From the NCBI GenBank assembly GCA_951406725.2, contig OX597828.1:54002001-54066000 (forward strand): a stretch of DNA of 64,000 nt. Reading direction: 5' to 3'. Made by a program: the position numbers and the translations under genes. A model generated the notes under the pieces. It was not told where the DNA came from, searched no databases, and was given only the letters and a program-made list of their open reading frames with translations. How positions within the stretch are numbered: position 1 is the stretch's first letter; each line of letters starts with the position of its first letter. This document shows positions 25,022 through 36,351 of the stretch, piece after piece. This stretch comes from Octopus vulgaris (Eukaryota).

Positions 25022-25475
25022 TGGCTTTGATAAATGCCTCATTTAATGGTTGATGATGGTGGTGGTGGTGGTGGTGGTGGTGGTAGTGGTGTTTGTGGCG
25101 GTGGTGGTGACATAAAAAGACGGCAGAAGCAGAAACTTGGTGGTGGATAGCAATTGTCTCTCTCCTCTTCTTACCTCAATAAACCACAAAAGCCACAAAA
25201 GCAACAACATTTAGTCACCGTTTATTATCAATTAATAGCCGTCATTCAACGACGACAAATTAAAACTATACACACAGAGCAGAAGTAGGCCTTGATGTGA
25301 CGGGTGGACTGGACTGGCCGATTAAAAATAGCAGCCAAATCTTTTAAAACAGGGGTTTCGCAAGTACCTCTTTCATCACTATTTTATTCCGGTTGACTCT
25401 CAAAGCCATTTGAAGTTTAGAAACTAGTTTTATTGAAACTTTTTTTTTTTTTCAAAATTCATATAATCTTGCTTC

Positions 25476-25603
25476 CCAACTACATGGTTCCAGGTTCAGT
25501 CCCACTGCGTGACACCTTGGGCAAAGTGTCTTCTGCTATAAGCCTCGGACCGACCAAAGCTTTGTAAGTGGATCTGGTAGGCGGAAACTGAAAAAATCCT
25601 GTC

Positions 25604-25663
<60 letters not shown>

Positions 25664-25900
25664 CCATACATACATACACACATACATACACACACGTCTG
25701 TGTGTGTGTGTATCTTAAAGTGTGTTTGTACCCCCATCATCGCTTGACAACCGGTGTTAGTGCGTTTACGTCCCCGTAAGTTAGCGGTTCGGCAAAAATG
25801 ACTAATAGAATACGTACTAGGCTTTAAAAAGCTCTGGGGTCGATTTGTTAAACTAAAACCCTTCAGGACGGTGCTCCAGGAAGGCCGCAATCAAATGACA
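25476..25900 (+). mobile_element. SINE family A
   Basis: B box GGTTCAGTCCC, internal microsatellite, tail. Confidence 0.85.
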
Positions 25901-26189
25901 AAAAAAAAAAAAAAAAGAACATTGTATAGGTTGAACAATGTAAAATGGGAGAAAAAGAATCCGAAGCGAAAGTTTTTCAAGGGTTCTTAAATTACTATTG
26001 CGGGTCCCCAAGTTACTATTTGGCTGTGTAGACACCACAAATATTTTATATAGACACTCAGGGGCCATATCGACCACCATTGACAACCACTGTTTTACAC
26101 AAATGGAGAGGGGTAGCTTCTATGTTGTTTGGGAACTAGCCGACTAGAAATAACAGCCAAATCTCCCTTTAAAATACACAGAGGAGTGG

Positions 26190-26285
26190 GGCGGAGTAAA
26201 GAATACGCACACCACCCGTTTTCGGCATAATAAAAACTCTAAACCTAACCCTAAACACCGGGTGTGCGTATTCTTTATCTTCGCC
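26190..26285. mobile_element. 96-bp MITE with 9-bp TSD (Mutator-like)
   Basis: About 25-bp TIRs (GGCGGAGTAAAGAATACGCACACC / GGTGTGCGTATTCTTTATCTTCGCC). Exact direct repeat GAGGAGTGG at 26181-26189 and 26286-26294. Confidence 0.8.
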
Positions 26286-26993
26286 GAGGAGTGGTACGCT
26301 TCTGTGTAGGGGAGTGGCTGGCTAGAAATGGCAGCCAAATCACCCTTTCAAAAAATATCAGACCATTCTAGCGACTTAAAAATTATCGAAGGAAACTGAA
26401 TTAGTGAATCAGTATCGCCTTGCGACAGACAGAATCGTACAGGGTGGTCAGGATTGGAAGATACTTGATCATTGGTCTGGTCGGTCGACGAAGACCTGAG
26501 GCTAAACAACACACATATTAAAAATATTAAATTCGAAGGCACTGGAAGAATTGAACATTGGAGAGCAATGTTCAATTCTTCCAGTGCCTTCGAAATTAAT
26601 ATTCTTAATATTTGATATTGTTGAAGTCCCATGCTGATGAAGAAAATGGTCGGGTAAAGTATAAATTCTACATTCTTTATATATCGATCTAATTCCGAAA
26701 CGCGTACATGGGTAATCAAGTATCGATTGATTTTCGTTATTTTTCCTCTCTGCCTGCGTGGATTGTTTTCGAATACTTTGTTTTTGTTTTCGGGAGTCTC
26801 TTTTTAAAATAGAGGAAATAGCTAAGGTTCTTTGGCTGCTATTTCTAAACTTCGGTATGTGGTAAAGCAAATCTTTGCTGAACCTTAATTATAAAATATT
26901 ACTTAAGTTTACCGAGAAATGGTCCCTTTTTCATGCCGAATTCTACTTGGTGAAATTATTGATTACTACTTAATTAATTTTACCCTTTGCTAT

Positions 26994-27078
<85 letters not shown>

Positions 27079-27082
27079 CTTA

Positions 27083-27440
27083 TTCTTTTACTTGTTTTAG
27101 CCATTTGACTGCGGCCATGCTGGAGCACCGCCTTTAATCGAACAAATCGACCCCAGGACTTATTCTTTGTAAGCCTGGTACTTATTCTGTCGGTCTCTTT
27201 TGCTGAACTGCTAAGTTACGGGGATGTAAACACACAAACATCGGTTGTCAAGCGATAGAGGGGGGGGAACACAGACACACAATATATATATCACACGAAG
27301 GGCTTCTTTCAGTTTCCGTTTACCAAATCCACTCACAATGCTTTGATCAGCCCGAGGCTATAGCGGAAGACACTTACCGAAGGTGCCGGAACCATGTGGT
27401 CGGGAAGCAAGCTTCTTACCACACAGCCACTCCTGCGCCT
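27083..27440 (-). mobile_element. SINE family A
   Basis: Ends CACAGCCACTCCTGCGCCT, the reverse of the head. Confidence 0.88.
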
Positions 27441-27657
27441 ACACACATATATACTTACCATATTGGTGTGTAGCTTGCCTGTGGAAGGATACATATACGC
27501 AATACAGCCCTAAAGATGCACATGCACGGGCGGCGATAAAAGGTGGAAGAATGATAGAAAGATAAGAGCCGGACACAGTGAGAGAAAGAGAGCGATTAAA
27601 AAGGGAGATAACAAAGTGAAATAATGCAAAATACAAGAATATGAAATGGAGACTTAC

Positions 27658-27804
27658 CGTTTCGTTATGAACTTGGTTAAAGATATAAGTAATCCGAGGC
27701 TGTGTTGTAAAAAGTCCGATATCGATTTATTGGAATCGATTGGTCCTTGAACTAAACTGAAGTAGTGCGTTAATTTGTCCATTATACCGACGCTGATCAC
27801 ATAA
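27658..27804 (-). CDS. SCAPER: SCAPER (S-phase cyclin A-associated protein in the ER) internal coding exon, 147 bp
   Basis: Hand translation of the minus strand gives (S)YVISVGIMDKLTHYFSLVQGPIDSNKSISDFLQHSLGLLISLTKFITK(R). This resembles vertebrate SCAPER as I recall it (SYVVNMGLIDKL..F.SVQGPVDEN....FLQHAAGLL). Acceptor tttcatctctccacag|, donor |gtaagt, phase 2 at both ends. Not in the ORF track. Confidence 0.9.
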
Positions 27805-28092
27805 CTGTGGAGAGATGAAAGAGGGGAAAGTTTAGAGATGAGAGAGCACGTGTGTGTGTGTGTTGCAGGATAAGAATACGAGTTTCACAATATGGAACTG
27901 TATTTAGAAAGCTTAGATCTAAGGAAGATTACACATAAACACATATACAAACTTATTCATTAGATGTTACACACAGACACAAATTACACATATTCATATA
28001 TATATATTGGACAAACAAGCACGACCCTTTTTCATCAGTTAATCATGCATCTACAACAATAAGACCATACTGCAATGCATTATAATACAATA

Positions 28093-28355
28093 AAAAATAA
28101 GTATAAATGCGTCCTTTTAAAGCCTAGCCAGGCTCATGGGCCCAGGTTCCCGGTTTCTATGGCGTATGTGTTCCCCAGCTGGACGGGACGCCAGTCCATT
28201 GCAGCGTTACTCATTTCTGCCTGCTGAGTGGACTGGAGCAATGTGAAATGAAGTGTTTTGCTCAAGAACACAACTTGTCGCCCGGTCCAGGAATCGAAAC
28301 CACAATCTTACGATCATGGTGCTGATACCCTAACCACTAAGTCACGCGCCTCCAC
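28093..28355 (-). mobile_element. SINE family C with V-domain-like tail, exact 15-bp TSD
   Basis: tRNA-like head; tail CTGCAATGGACTGGCGTCCCGTCCAG. CATTATAATACAATA at 28078-28092 and 28356-28370. Confidence 0.9.
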
Positions 28356-28569
28356 CATTATAATACAATATACAAAATAAATGATACACAAACATTAGTT
28401 GGAAAGCACTATAATTTTATAGAGAAGTCCATAGAAAAGGGAAGGTAACTACAGGAGCTTCCTTAATAACCCCAAATAAAACCTACAAATCAACAAACAT
28501 TCATCGCAAATTAAAGTAAATGTGGAAATCTACCAACAACACCCCATTTTTAGCATCACTTCATTCTGC

Positions 28570-28885
28570 TGTGAAGGTGCGTGGCTTAGTGGTTAAGGTA
28601 TTAGCTCGTGAGTTCGATTCCCGGCAGCGCGTTGTGTCCTTGAGCAAGACACTTTATTTCACGCTGCTCCAGACCACTCAGCTGGTAAAAATGAATAGTA
28701 CCTGTATTTCAAAGGACCAGCTTTGTCACACTGTGTCACGCTGAATCTCCCTGAGAAGTATGTGAAAGGGGTACGTGTGTCTGTGGTGTGCCCGGCCACT
28801 TGCACGTTAATCTCACGAGCAAGCTGTTCCGTTGATCGGATCAATTAGGAACCTTCGTCATCGTAAGCGATGAAGTGCCAGCTTT
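28570..28885 (+). mobile_element. SINE family C, tail type 2
   Basis: GCGTGGCTTAGTGGTTAAGG, GAGTTCGATTCCC, GTGTCCTTGAGCAAGACACTT. Tail is shared with 44280-44490. Confidence 0.85.
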
Positions 28886-28934
28886 TATTCATTCCTATAT
28901 AAGGAGCATATATATATATGCATGTGTTTGTGCG

Positions 28935-29117
<183 letters not shown>

Positions 29118-30285
29118 CGTATATAGTGTATGTGTAACATACATACACATGCGTATTCCTTCACATTCGCGAATCCAGTGCTCTTATTTCGCAACATTTA
29201 TTGTTTTATCCTAGGCCAGTCTTCATGAAGCAAACTTATCAAAAGCAGCAGAATCGTAAAAAGAACCCGTCTCTGACTCTGTCTTTTGAAATCATATTAT
29301 ACCTGGAACTATTCTTGCAACCTTCTCTGAAACTGTAAAGGTGTCGCCTGGGGGCAATAATTTGGCAACTTTTTCTAGCAGACGAGTGATTACGTAGCTT
29401 CATCTTGACACAGTGGCATAAACCAACTTCTACGTTCCTCCCCACCGCCCCACCAGTTCCTCCCACCAACGCAAATATCTTGGTGGGTGAGACATAAATA
29501 CACAAATAAAAATGTCACAACTAGTAACGTCAAACCCGCCATCACAGTTGTCAGAAAACAGCATTATTATTTTTTTCCTTCTCCTGCTCTTTTTATCATC
29601 GTCATCATCATAACTATTGCCATTAGATAAAGCTGGATTAGACTCCCCCAAAACCTTGCCTACAGGGTATGAAATACAAGAGATGACACTACAATCTGAT
29701 GTCTATATCTGGATACATCGCGCCCTTTGCTCAGTTTTTGAGTGAAATTATAAACAAATATATATATCATTCAACAACGGTAGTGATGTATGCATGAGTA
29801 TATATATATATATATATTTGTCAAGTGTCACACAAACAATATTATTATAAAATGGCAACCTGTGCACCATACTTAGTGTAGATACCTCATGGACAGCCAA
29901 ATTAACTACCATGTTCATCTAAAGATGAATTATATCTATGGACGTACAATGTTAAATAACACAAAAATATTACACCATCACCAATCAGTCTTTTTTAAAT
30001 ATATATATATATATATATATATCAGTTGCGACGGATTTTGTCTCGGTATGCAGTTGTCAGTGGGTACTTGCTATTGACGAAGCTTGAAAAGGGAGAAATG
30101 CGCATCTAGCATTCACACCGTCGCTGCTGGACTGTTTTCCTCTGCTACTGATATATTTCTGTGCTATTTAACACAGTACGTCCATAAGAGATTATCTCTG
30201 GACGAATACAGAAGTAAACTTGGCTTTCCGTGATGCATCTACATTACCTATGATACACAGATTGCTGTGTTTGTGTATGTGTATA

Positions 30286-30494
30286 CAGTAATTCCTTCGC
30301 CATATCGCGGTTCACCTATCGTGCACTCAGTACATCGCGGATTTTTTTGCGTAATATACGTAAATTTATATCGCGGACGCCTCAGTGTATCCAGGTTTCT
30401 GAGGGCCCATAGGTATTTATAATTTTTAAAGAATTTTAATTATTTCTGTGGGAGGTTTTGGAACGTAACACTCGGGATAATCAAGGGATTACCG
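30286..30494. mobile_element. pogo/Tigger-type MITE, degenerate
   Basis: Left end TA|CAGTAATTCCTTCGCCATATCGCGG, right end GGGATAATCAAGGGATTACCG. Internal repeated ATCGCGG motifs. Confidence 0.55.
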
Positions 30495-30538
30495 CGTGCG
30501 TATGTATGCACGTGTGTGTGTGTGTGTGTGTGTGTGAA

Positions 30539-30571
<33 letters not shown>

Positions 30572-30834
30572 TTATATAATGATGTGTATATGTAATGATA
30601 TAAATATAGGATACGTATTTCTAATGATATAACTGAAAAATATAGCATTTTCAGGAAATAAAATTTTTGCGTGTTCATTTTTGTCTTTTTTTTTTAGTTT
30701 GATTCATTTTATCTGATTTTGTTTTTTTTTTTTTTGCTTTTTTCTGTGGGGAGGAGTGTTTCTCTTTTCACATTCACATCATTGATGGCGGGGGAAGGGA
30801 TGAAAAATTAACTGACTAAGAAGCTATATATGTA

Positions 30835-30870
<36 letters not shown>

Positions 30871-32249
30871 ATTCGCAAACGCACAATCATTGAATATAAA
30901 GATATAAAACACGCTGTATACAAACACACATACGAGAGAGAGAGAGAAAGAGAGAAAGGAGAGAGAGAGAGAAAGGAGAGAGAGAGAGGGAGAGAAAGGA
31001 GAGAGAGAGAGAAAGGAGAGAGAGAGAGAGAGAAAGGAGAGAGAGAGGAGTAAGGCGTAGAGACGTATAAAGAGAGAGCGTATTCATTCGAACTCTCATT
31101 TTACTTTTTAAGGTTTACATATTAATATTTTGTGTTATAAAATCAGAATTGCCCTGAAGTGATTCAACAAAACATCAAAATCTCTTTTACTGGCACCACC
31201 ACCACCACCACCACTACCATCATCATCATATGAGTATTACGCTACTGATATTGTCTACGATGATGATGATGATGATGGCTGTGGTGGGGACGATGCCGTC
31301 AACAATCCGCTCTTTGATAGCAGACATCTTCCATTGAAACACTTATGGAATTGAAAGTGTTGTTTGCGTTGGAAATATGGGGTAATAATGAGACCCACGT
31401 GTTTATGGTCTCGGAATATGGTGACAACATTGTCCAGTATGTTCAGTGTCAGAAGCGAGTGTCTGTGACACTCCAGCCGTGTCCAACAGCAAAGAATAAG
31501 ACCAACAACAACAACCATCTTCATACGATGTATGAATCATTAATAGAGGAGCGTCTATATGGTCACTCAACCTGCTAGAGATAACGGCAAAAATTTGCCC
31601 TCAAATCACGAAGGAAGATACAGTGGACTGTGTAAGTAATCCTAGTTATATAAAAGAGACGGACGGTCGCAAGGGGTTGGGGTGGGATATGATCTGGGTT
31701 TAAAAAACAACACATACAAGAAACAAGGGGAGTTTTTAAATAAGAGGTAGACGAAATAAGGGGGTAAACGGGGTGGGGTGGAGTGAATCAAAGATCTCTA
31801 TCCTAGAACCCACTCATCAGTCCACAGAGCAAATTGGAAAAAAATTCATCACCATCATCATCAATACTATTGTTATCATCACCAACAATATAACCAATGA
31901 GAGGGCCTCTATGTAATCGCTCGGTCTGCAAGAAATACTAGTCATATCTCCCTTGAATGAAGGTAACTACTGACGTAGAAAAGCAGTGGTTAACAAATCA
32001 CAAATGTCGCAAATAGCCGGTAGGCTGGGTAAAAATTCAGTAAAAGCCAAATTTGTCAAAGTATGCGGATGCCAGTGGGCACTTGCTTCTGATGACCCCC
32101 AATTTGGATATAACAATTCCACTGCTAAAAGCTTTCCAACTGCTACTGATATACATGTGTTTTTTAGCACTATACATCTATACGAGATAACTTCTCGAGA
32201 CGAATACCGCAGTTTTGTGAGTTTTCTATAATATAAACACCTTCAGTAT

Positions 32250-32570
32250 GTGAAGGCGCAAGGCTCAGTGGTCAGAGCGTCAGGCTCGCCATCATGAGGT
32301 AGTGAGTTCGATTCCTGGACCGGGATATGTGTTATGTTCACGCTGCTACAGTTCATTCAGGTGTAGAATGAGTTGCGACATTACTGGTGCCAAGCTGTAT
32401 CGGCCCCTTTGCCTTTCCCTTGGACAACATCAGTGGCGTTGAAGAGGGAAGGCTGGTGTGCATGGACGACTGCTGGTCTTCCAGAAAAGAACCATGCCCA
32501 GACTTGTGTCTCGGAGGGTAACTTTCTGGGTGCAATCCCATGGTCATTCATGACCGAAGGGCGTTTGTAC
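32250..32570 (+). mobile_element. SINE family C, tail type 3
   Basis: Head as above. Tail GGTGCCAAGCTGTATCGGCCCC...GGTCATTCATGACCGAAGGG is shared with the copies at 43893 and 58812. Confidence 0.85.
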
Positions 32571-33928
32571 TTTTTTTTTAAAAAAACTGAAGTAAGATCT
32601 ATAGACTGGTATTCTGAACAAATGGTTTCCATCATTAATAACATAATTGTATTATTTGCATTAAGTTATACTCGGACGCAAAGTTTTAGCTCCAATAAAT
32701 GTTAAACCAACAAGCAGAGAGAGAGAGAGAGATGTAGCAATTCTGAAAAACAAATATGGAACCCTGGTCAACGATCTAAACTCTATGATAAACAAAAAAT
32801 AAATATGAAATTTTAAAAACTTTATGCAACTTTTGACACCCCCCTGTATTTACAAACCACTGTATATATTTACATTTGCATAAACGTGACTGATAATACA
32901 GGGGAGAGCATTCAGGCTTAGTGTCACGCTCGAATGCACACAAAAGCAGACTTCCAACAGCGTATAAAAGGCTGACAATGAACCATAACAAAAAAAAATT
33001 AATAATAAATCAACTTTTGATAGCCTGACCCGAAACACCACCCATCCCTTCTTTTATTCATCAAGCAACAAGCCTTCACTCATCTATTTCTTCAAATTTC
33101 CATTGAAATTACAAATTCCGACCAGAAAATGAAGATAAAACAACAAAAAAAAAAAGCTAAATTAGAAACTTGTCTGGTAAAAGAGCGGAACTAACCACAG
33201 TTAGACATATCTGTCTTTTTTCTTTTTCTTTTCTTTTCTTTTTATTTTATTTTTTTACACTACTTTTGCTCTCTTTGTGTCTTTATTTCCGAGTTCGATT
33301 TCGCAAATTATGTTGGCAGCACTAAAACAGGTTTTCTGGAATCACATGACGACGTCACGTCACATCCTCTTACGTGTTTATTTCATTTGAATCGTTGGAC
33401 TGCGGCCATGCTGGGGCACCGATTCCAAGAGTTTTAACAAATCGTATAGAACCTGGTATTTATTTATTTTATCGTTTTCTAATCGTCAAACGGATAGGAT
33501 GTGTGAGGCAAAGAGACACAACACAAACAACACCGACTATAAAATCCACTTCCAACGTATTGGTCAAGCCAAGGCTGCAGAAGAAGATACTCTTTCAAGG
33601 TTCCGTGCAGTGAGATGGAAACCGAGACCTGGAGGTCCCAAAATGAACTTCCTAACCGCGCAGCCATGATGAAGAGACCCCTAATCTCTCAGTCCGTTGC
33701 TTTAATATCCCCAGACACGAATTCACTGCACTTCATGTGCTGTTGGTGTGTTTACAGAGACATTCAATGCTTTCAGAAACCCAGTGACATCAAGGAAATT
33801 GTAACAATTGGCTGGAGTTGGGGTGGGGGGTGGGGGGCAATACATTTGATACGAATTTGAATGTAAAACTTGCAAAATATGGTTTATATAGAATTGTTTC
33901 GGTATTTGGAAATTTAAACATTATAAAT

Positions 33929-34367
33929 AGGCGCAGGAGTGGCTGTGTGGTAAGTATCTTGCTTACCAATCATATGCTTCCGGGTTCAGTCCCACTGCGT
34001 GGCACCTTGGGCAAATGTCTTCTATTATAGCCACGGGCCGACCAAAGCCTTGTGAGTGGATTTGGTAGACGGAAACTGAAGGAAGCCCGTCGTATGTATG
34101 TATGTAAGTATCTATCTATCTATCTATCTATCTATCTGTTTATCTATCTATCTATCTCTCTCTATATATGTGTATGTGTGTGTGTGTGTCTGTGTTTGCT
34201 TCCCACCCCAGCATCGCTTGATAACCGATGCTGGTGTGTTTACGTCCCCGTAACTTAGCGGTTCGGCTAAAGAGACCGATAGAATAGGTACTAGGCTTAC
34301 AAAGAATAAGTCCTGGGGTCGATTTGCCCCAGCATGGCCGCAGTCAAATGACTGAAACAAGAAAAAG

Positions 34368-34370
<3 letters not shown>
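33929..34370 (+). mobile_element. SINE family A, full length (a degenerate inverted copy lies at about 33375-33665)
   Basis: Complete head, internal (TCTA)n/(TG)n, tail. Confidence 0.9.
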
Positions 34371-34422
<52 letters not shown>

Positions 34423-34519
34423 TGACCAGTAATAAAGCCACAGAAAAAAAAGGCACAATTTATGGGATCAATACAAAACCCTTGTGACTTTTTTTTACCT
34501 GGGTTTATATATATATATA

Positions 34520-34605
34520 TGACTTCGAAGTTTCGACCAGTTAAGCCACCGTCACACGGAGTAAGTACTCCGATGATGGTTTAACTGGCCGAAACTTCGA
34601 AGTCA
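34520..34605. repeat. 86-bp imperfect palindrome with a hammerhead-like motif
   Basis: TGACTTCGAAGTTTCGACCAGTTAAGCCACCGTC versus the reverse complement of GATGATGGTTTAACTGGCCGAAACTTCGAAGTCA: 4 mismatches in 34. Inner stem GGAGTA/TACTCC. Confidence 0.9.
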
Positions 34606-35917
34606 CTCTCCACAATGTTCTCGTTTAAGAATAATAAACTTGTTCTCTACAAAAGTATAGAATAACCTCTTCAGATTAATGTAATATTGTTTTTTATTAT
34701 AACTGAACATGAAAATAATACACACACACACACACACACACACATGCATATAATTCAGATAGTGTGCGCGTAATGTATGTACGTTTGTGCGTGTACACAC
34801 ACACACACACACACACTTTGAAATATGTTAGTATTTTTAATATGAAAAGATGATTTCAAGGGCGGGGACAGGGAGGAGGGTGTTTTCTTATTATTTTGGG
34901 GTAGTTTATGTGTTTTTCGTTTTTTCTTTTTACATCTTCGACAATCAAACTATTTTTCACACTAAAAGAGAAGATTTCCCTTCATATTTTTTTTTTTCTA
35001 TCCGCCAATTTTTAAGTGCTCAATTGATAAATATCGGGTGAAGAAATTCCTGGTCTTTGATGACGACAGTGTGAAATGAAATTTGGACAAATCCTCAACT
35101 TGCACGCGGTAATGTGTTTCTTACACAGAAAACAGCAACAGCAACAACAACAACGACGGCAGTGATAGTGCTGAAAGTGTTTCGCACATTATCTAAACAA
35201 CTGTATAGAACGACACGACACGCCATTAAGGGCATCGCTGAAGTCCTCCTCCCCACCCCTAGCCCTTCCATCATAACCAGCAACCCATCTCCCTCGAAAT
35301 ACAACACAAAGCAGAAGAAAAAAACAAACAAAAAAAAATATAATAAAAATACCAAGAAAAAAAAAAAAAAAACAGCGGAGGACAAACCAGAAACATCCCG
35401 TTTTATCGACCTGAAAAAGCAGCTTTTCAGTCTCAAACGAAAACCACCTTCTGCAGGACTTAAAAGCTTAAAAACTGCCATTAACCAATAACACACACAC
35501 ACACACAAACAAAATCGAGACCACTTACAAAAAACTACATTGTTGTTGCTGTTTATTATTATCATTATTATTATTATTATTATTATTTATAATAGTATAA
35601 TGCTCAATATCATTTTATCAAACTCTCAACTCTGAAAGGACGGATATGTGCTTGTATGTATGTATGTATGTGTGGATTTATCCCATCTAAATCTTATCAA
35701 AATATTGTTATCATTTTACCCAAACCAATAAATAAATAATAATAGCAATTAAATAAACAATTCAAAACAAAAAGTTTAAAAAAAAAACACGATGAAATAT
35801 TCACAGAAATTATTGTTACATTCAAAACCGAACTTCCTACCACCACACACTACGGCTAACTCGCAGCGACGACACACAGGAATATATATATATTATATAC
35901 ACAAACGTAGTACGCAC

Positions 35918-35919
<2 letters not shown>

Positions 35920-35993
<74 letters not shown>
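35920..35993. repeat. (AAT)n microsatellite
   Basis: Directly visible. Confidence 0.98.
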
Positions 35994-36167
35994 CATTGTT
36001 ATTATAGCTCCCAGAGAGCGCAAACCTCCGCCAAGGCAACATCTACGTCCTCTCGACGATGATTTTTAAAATGAGAATATCTGAAATAAACTCGGGAGCT
36101 CTCACAAATGAAAATACTAAAAATGAACCCAACCGCTCTTAAAAATTAAGTTTAAAAAATAATTTAA

Positions 36168-36350
36168 CATCGCTTGACAACCGATACTGGTGTGTTTATG
36201 TCCCCGTAACTTAGCGGTTCGGCAAAAGAGACCGATAGAATAAGTACTAGGCTTACAAAGAATAAGTCCTGGGGTCGATTTGCTTGACTAAAGGCGGTGC
36301 TCCAGCATGGCCACAGTCACATGACTGAAACAAGTAAAAGAGTAAAGAGT
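36168..36350 (+). mobile_element. SINE family A, 3' half
   Basis: CATCGCTTGACAACCGAT...GTAAAAGAGT. Confidence 0.88.
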
Positions 36351-36351
36351 A

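Larger units (their letters stand above)
15963..27657 (-). other. SCAPER: SCAPER GT-AG intron, about 11.7 kb
   Basis: Lies between the two phase-compatible exons. The protein is contiguous across it relative to the recalled vertebrate sequence. Confidence 0.85.

Noticed and set aside
31967-32231. Overlapping short ORFs on both strands
   Set aside because: No recognisable homology; not supportable as coding.
32830-32850. Tc1-like terminal sequence ACTTTTGACACCCCCTGTA
   Set aside because: No matching second TIR was found in the window.
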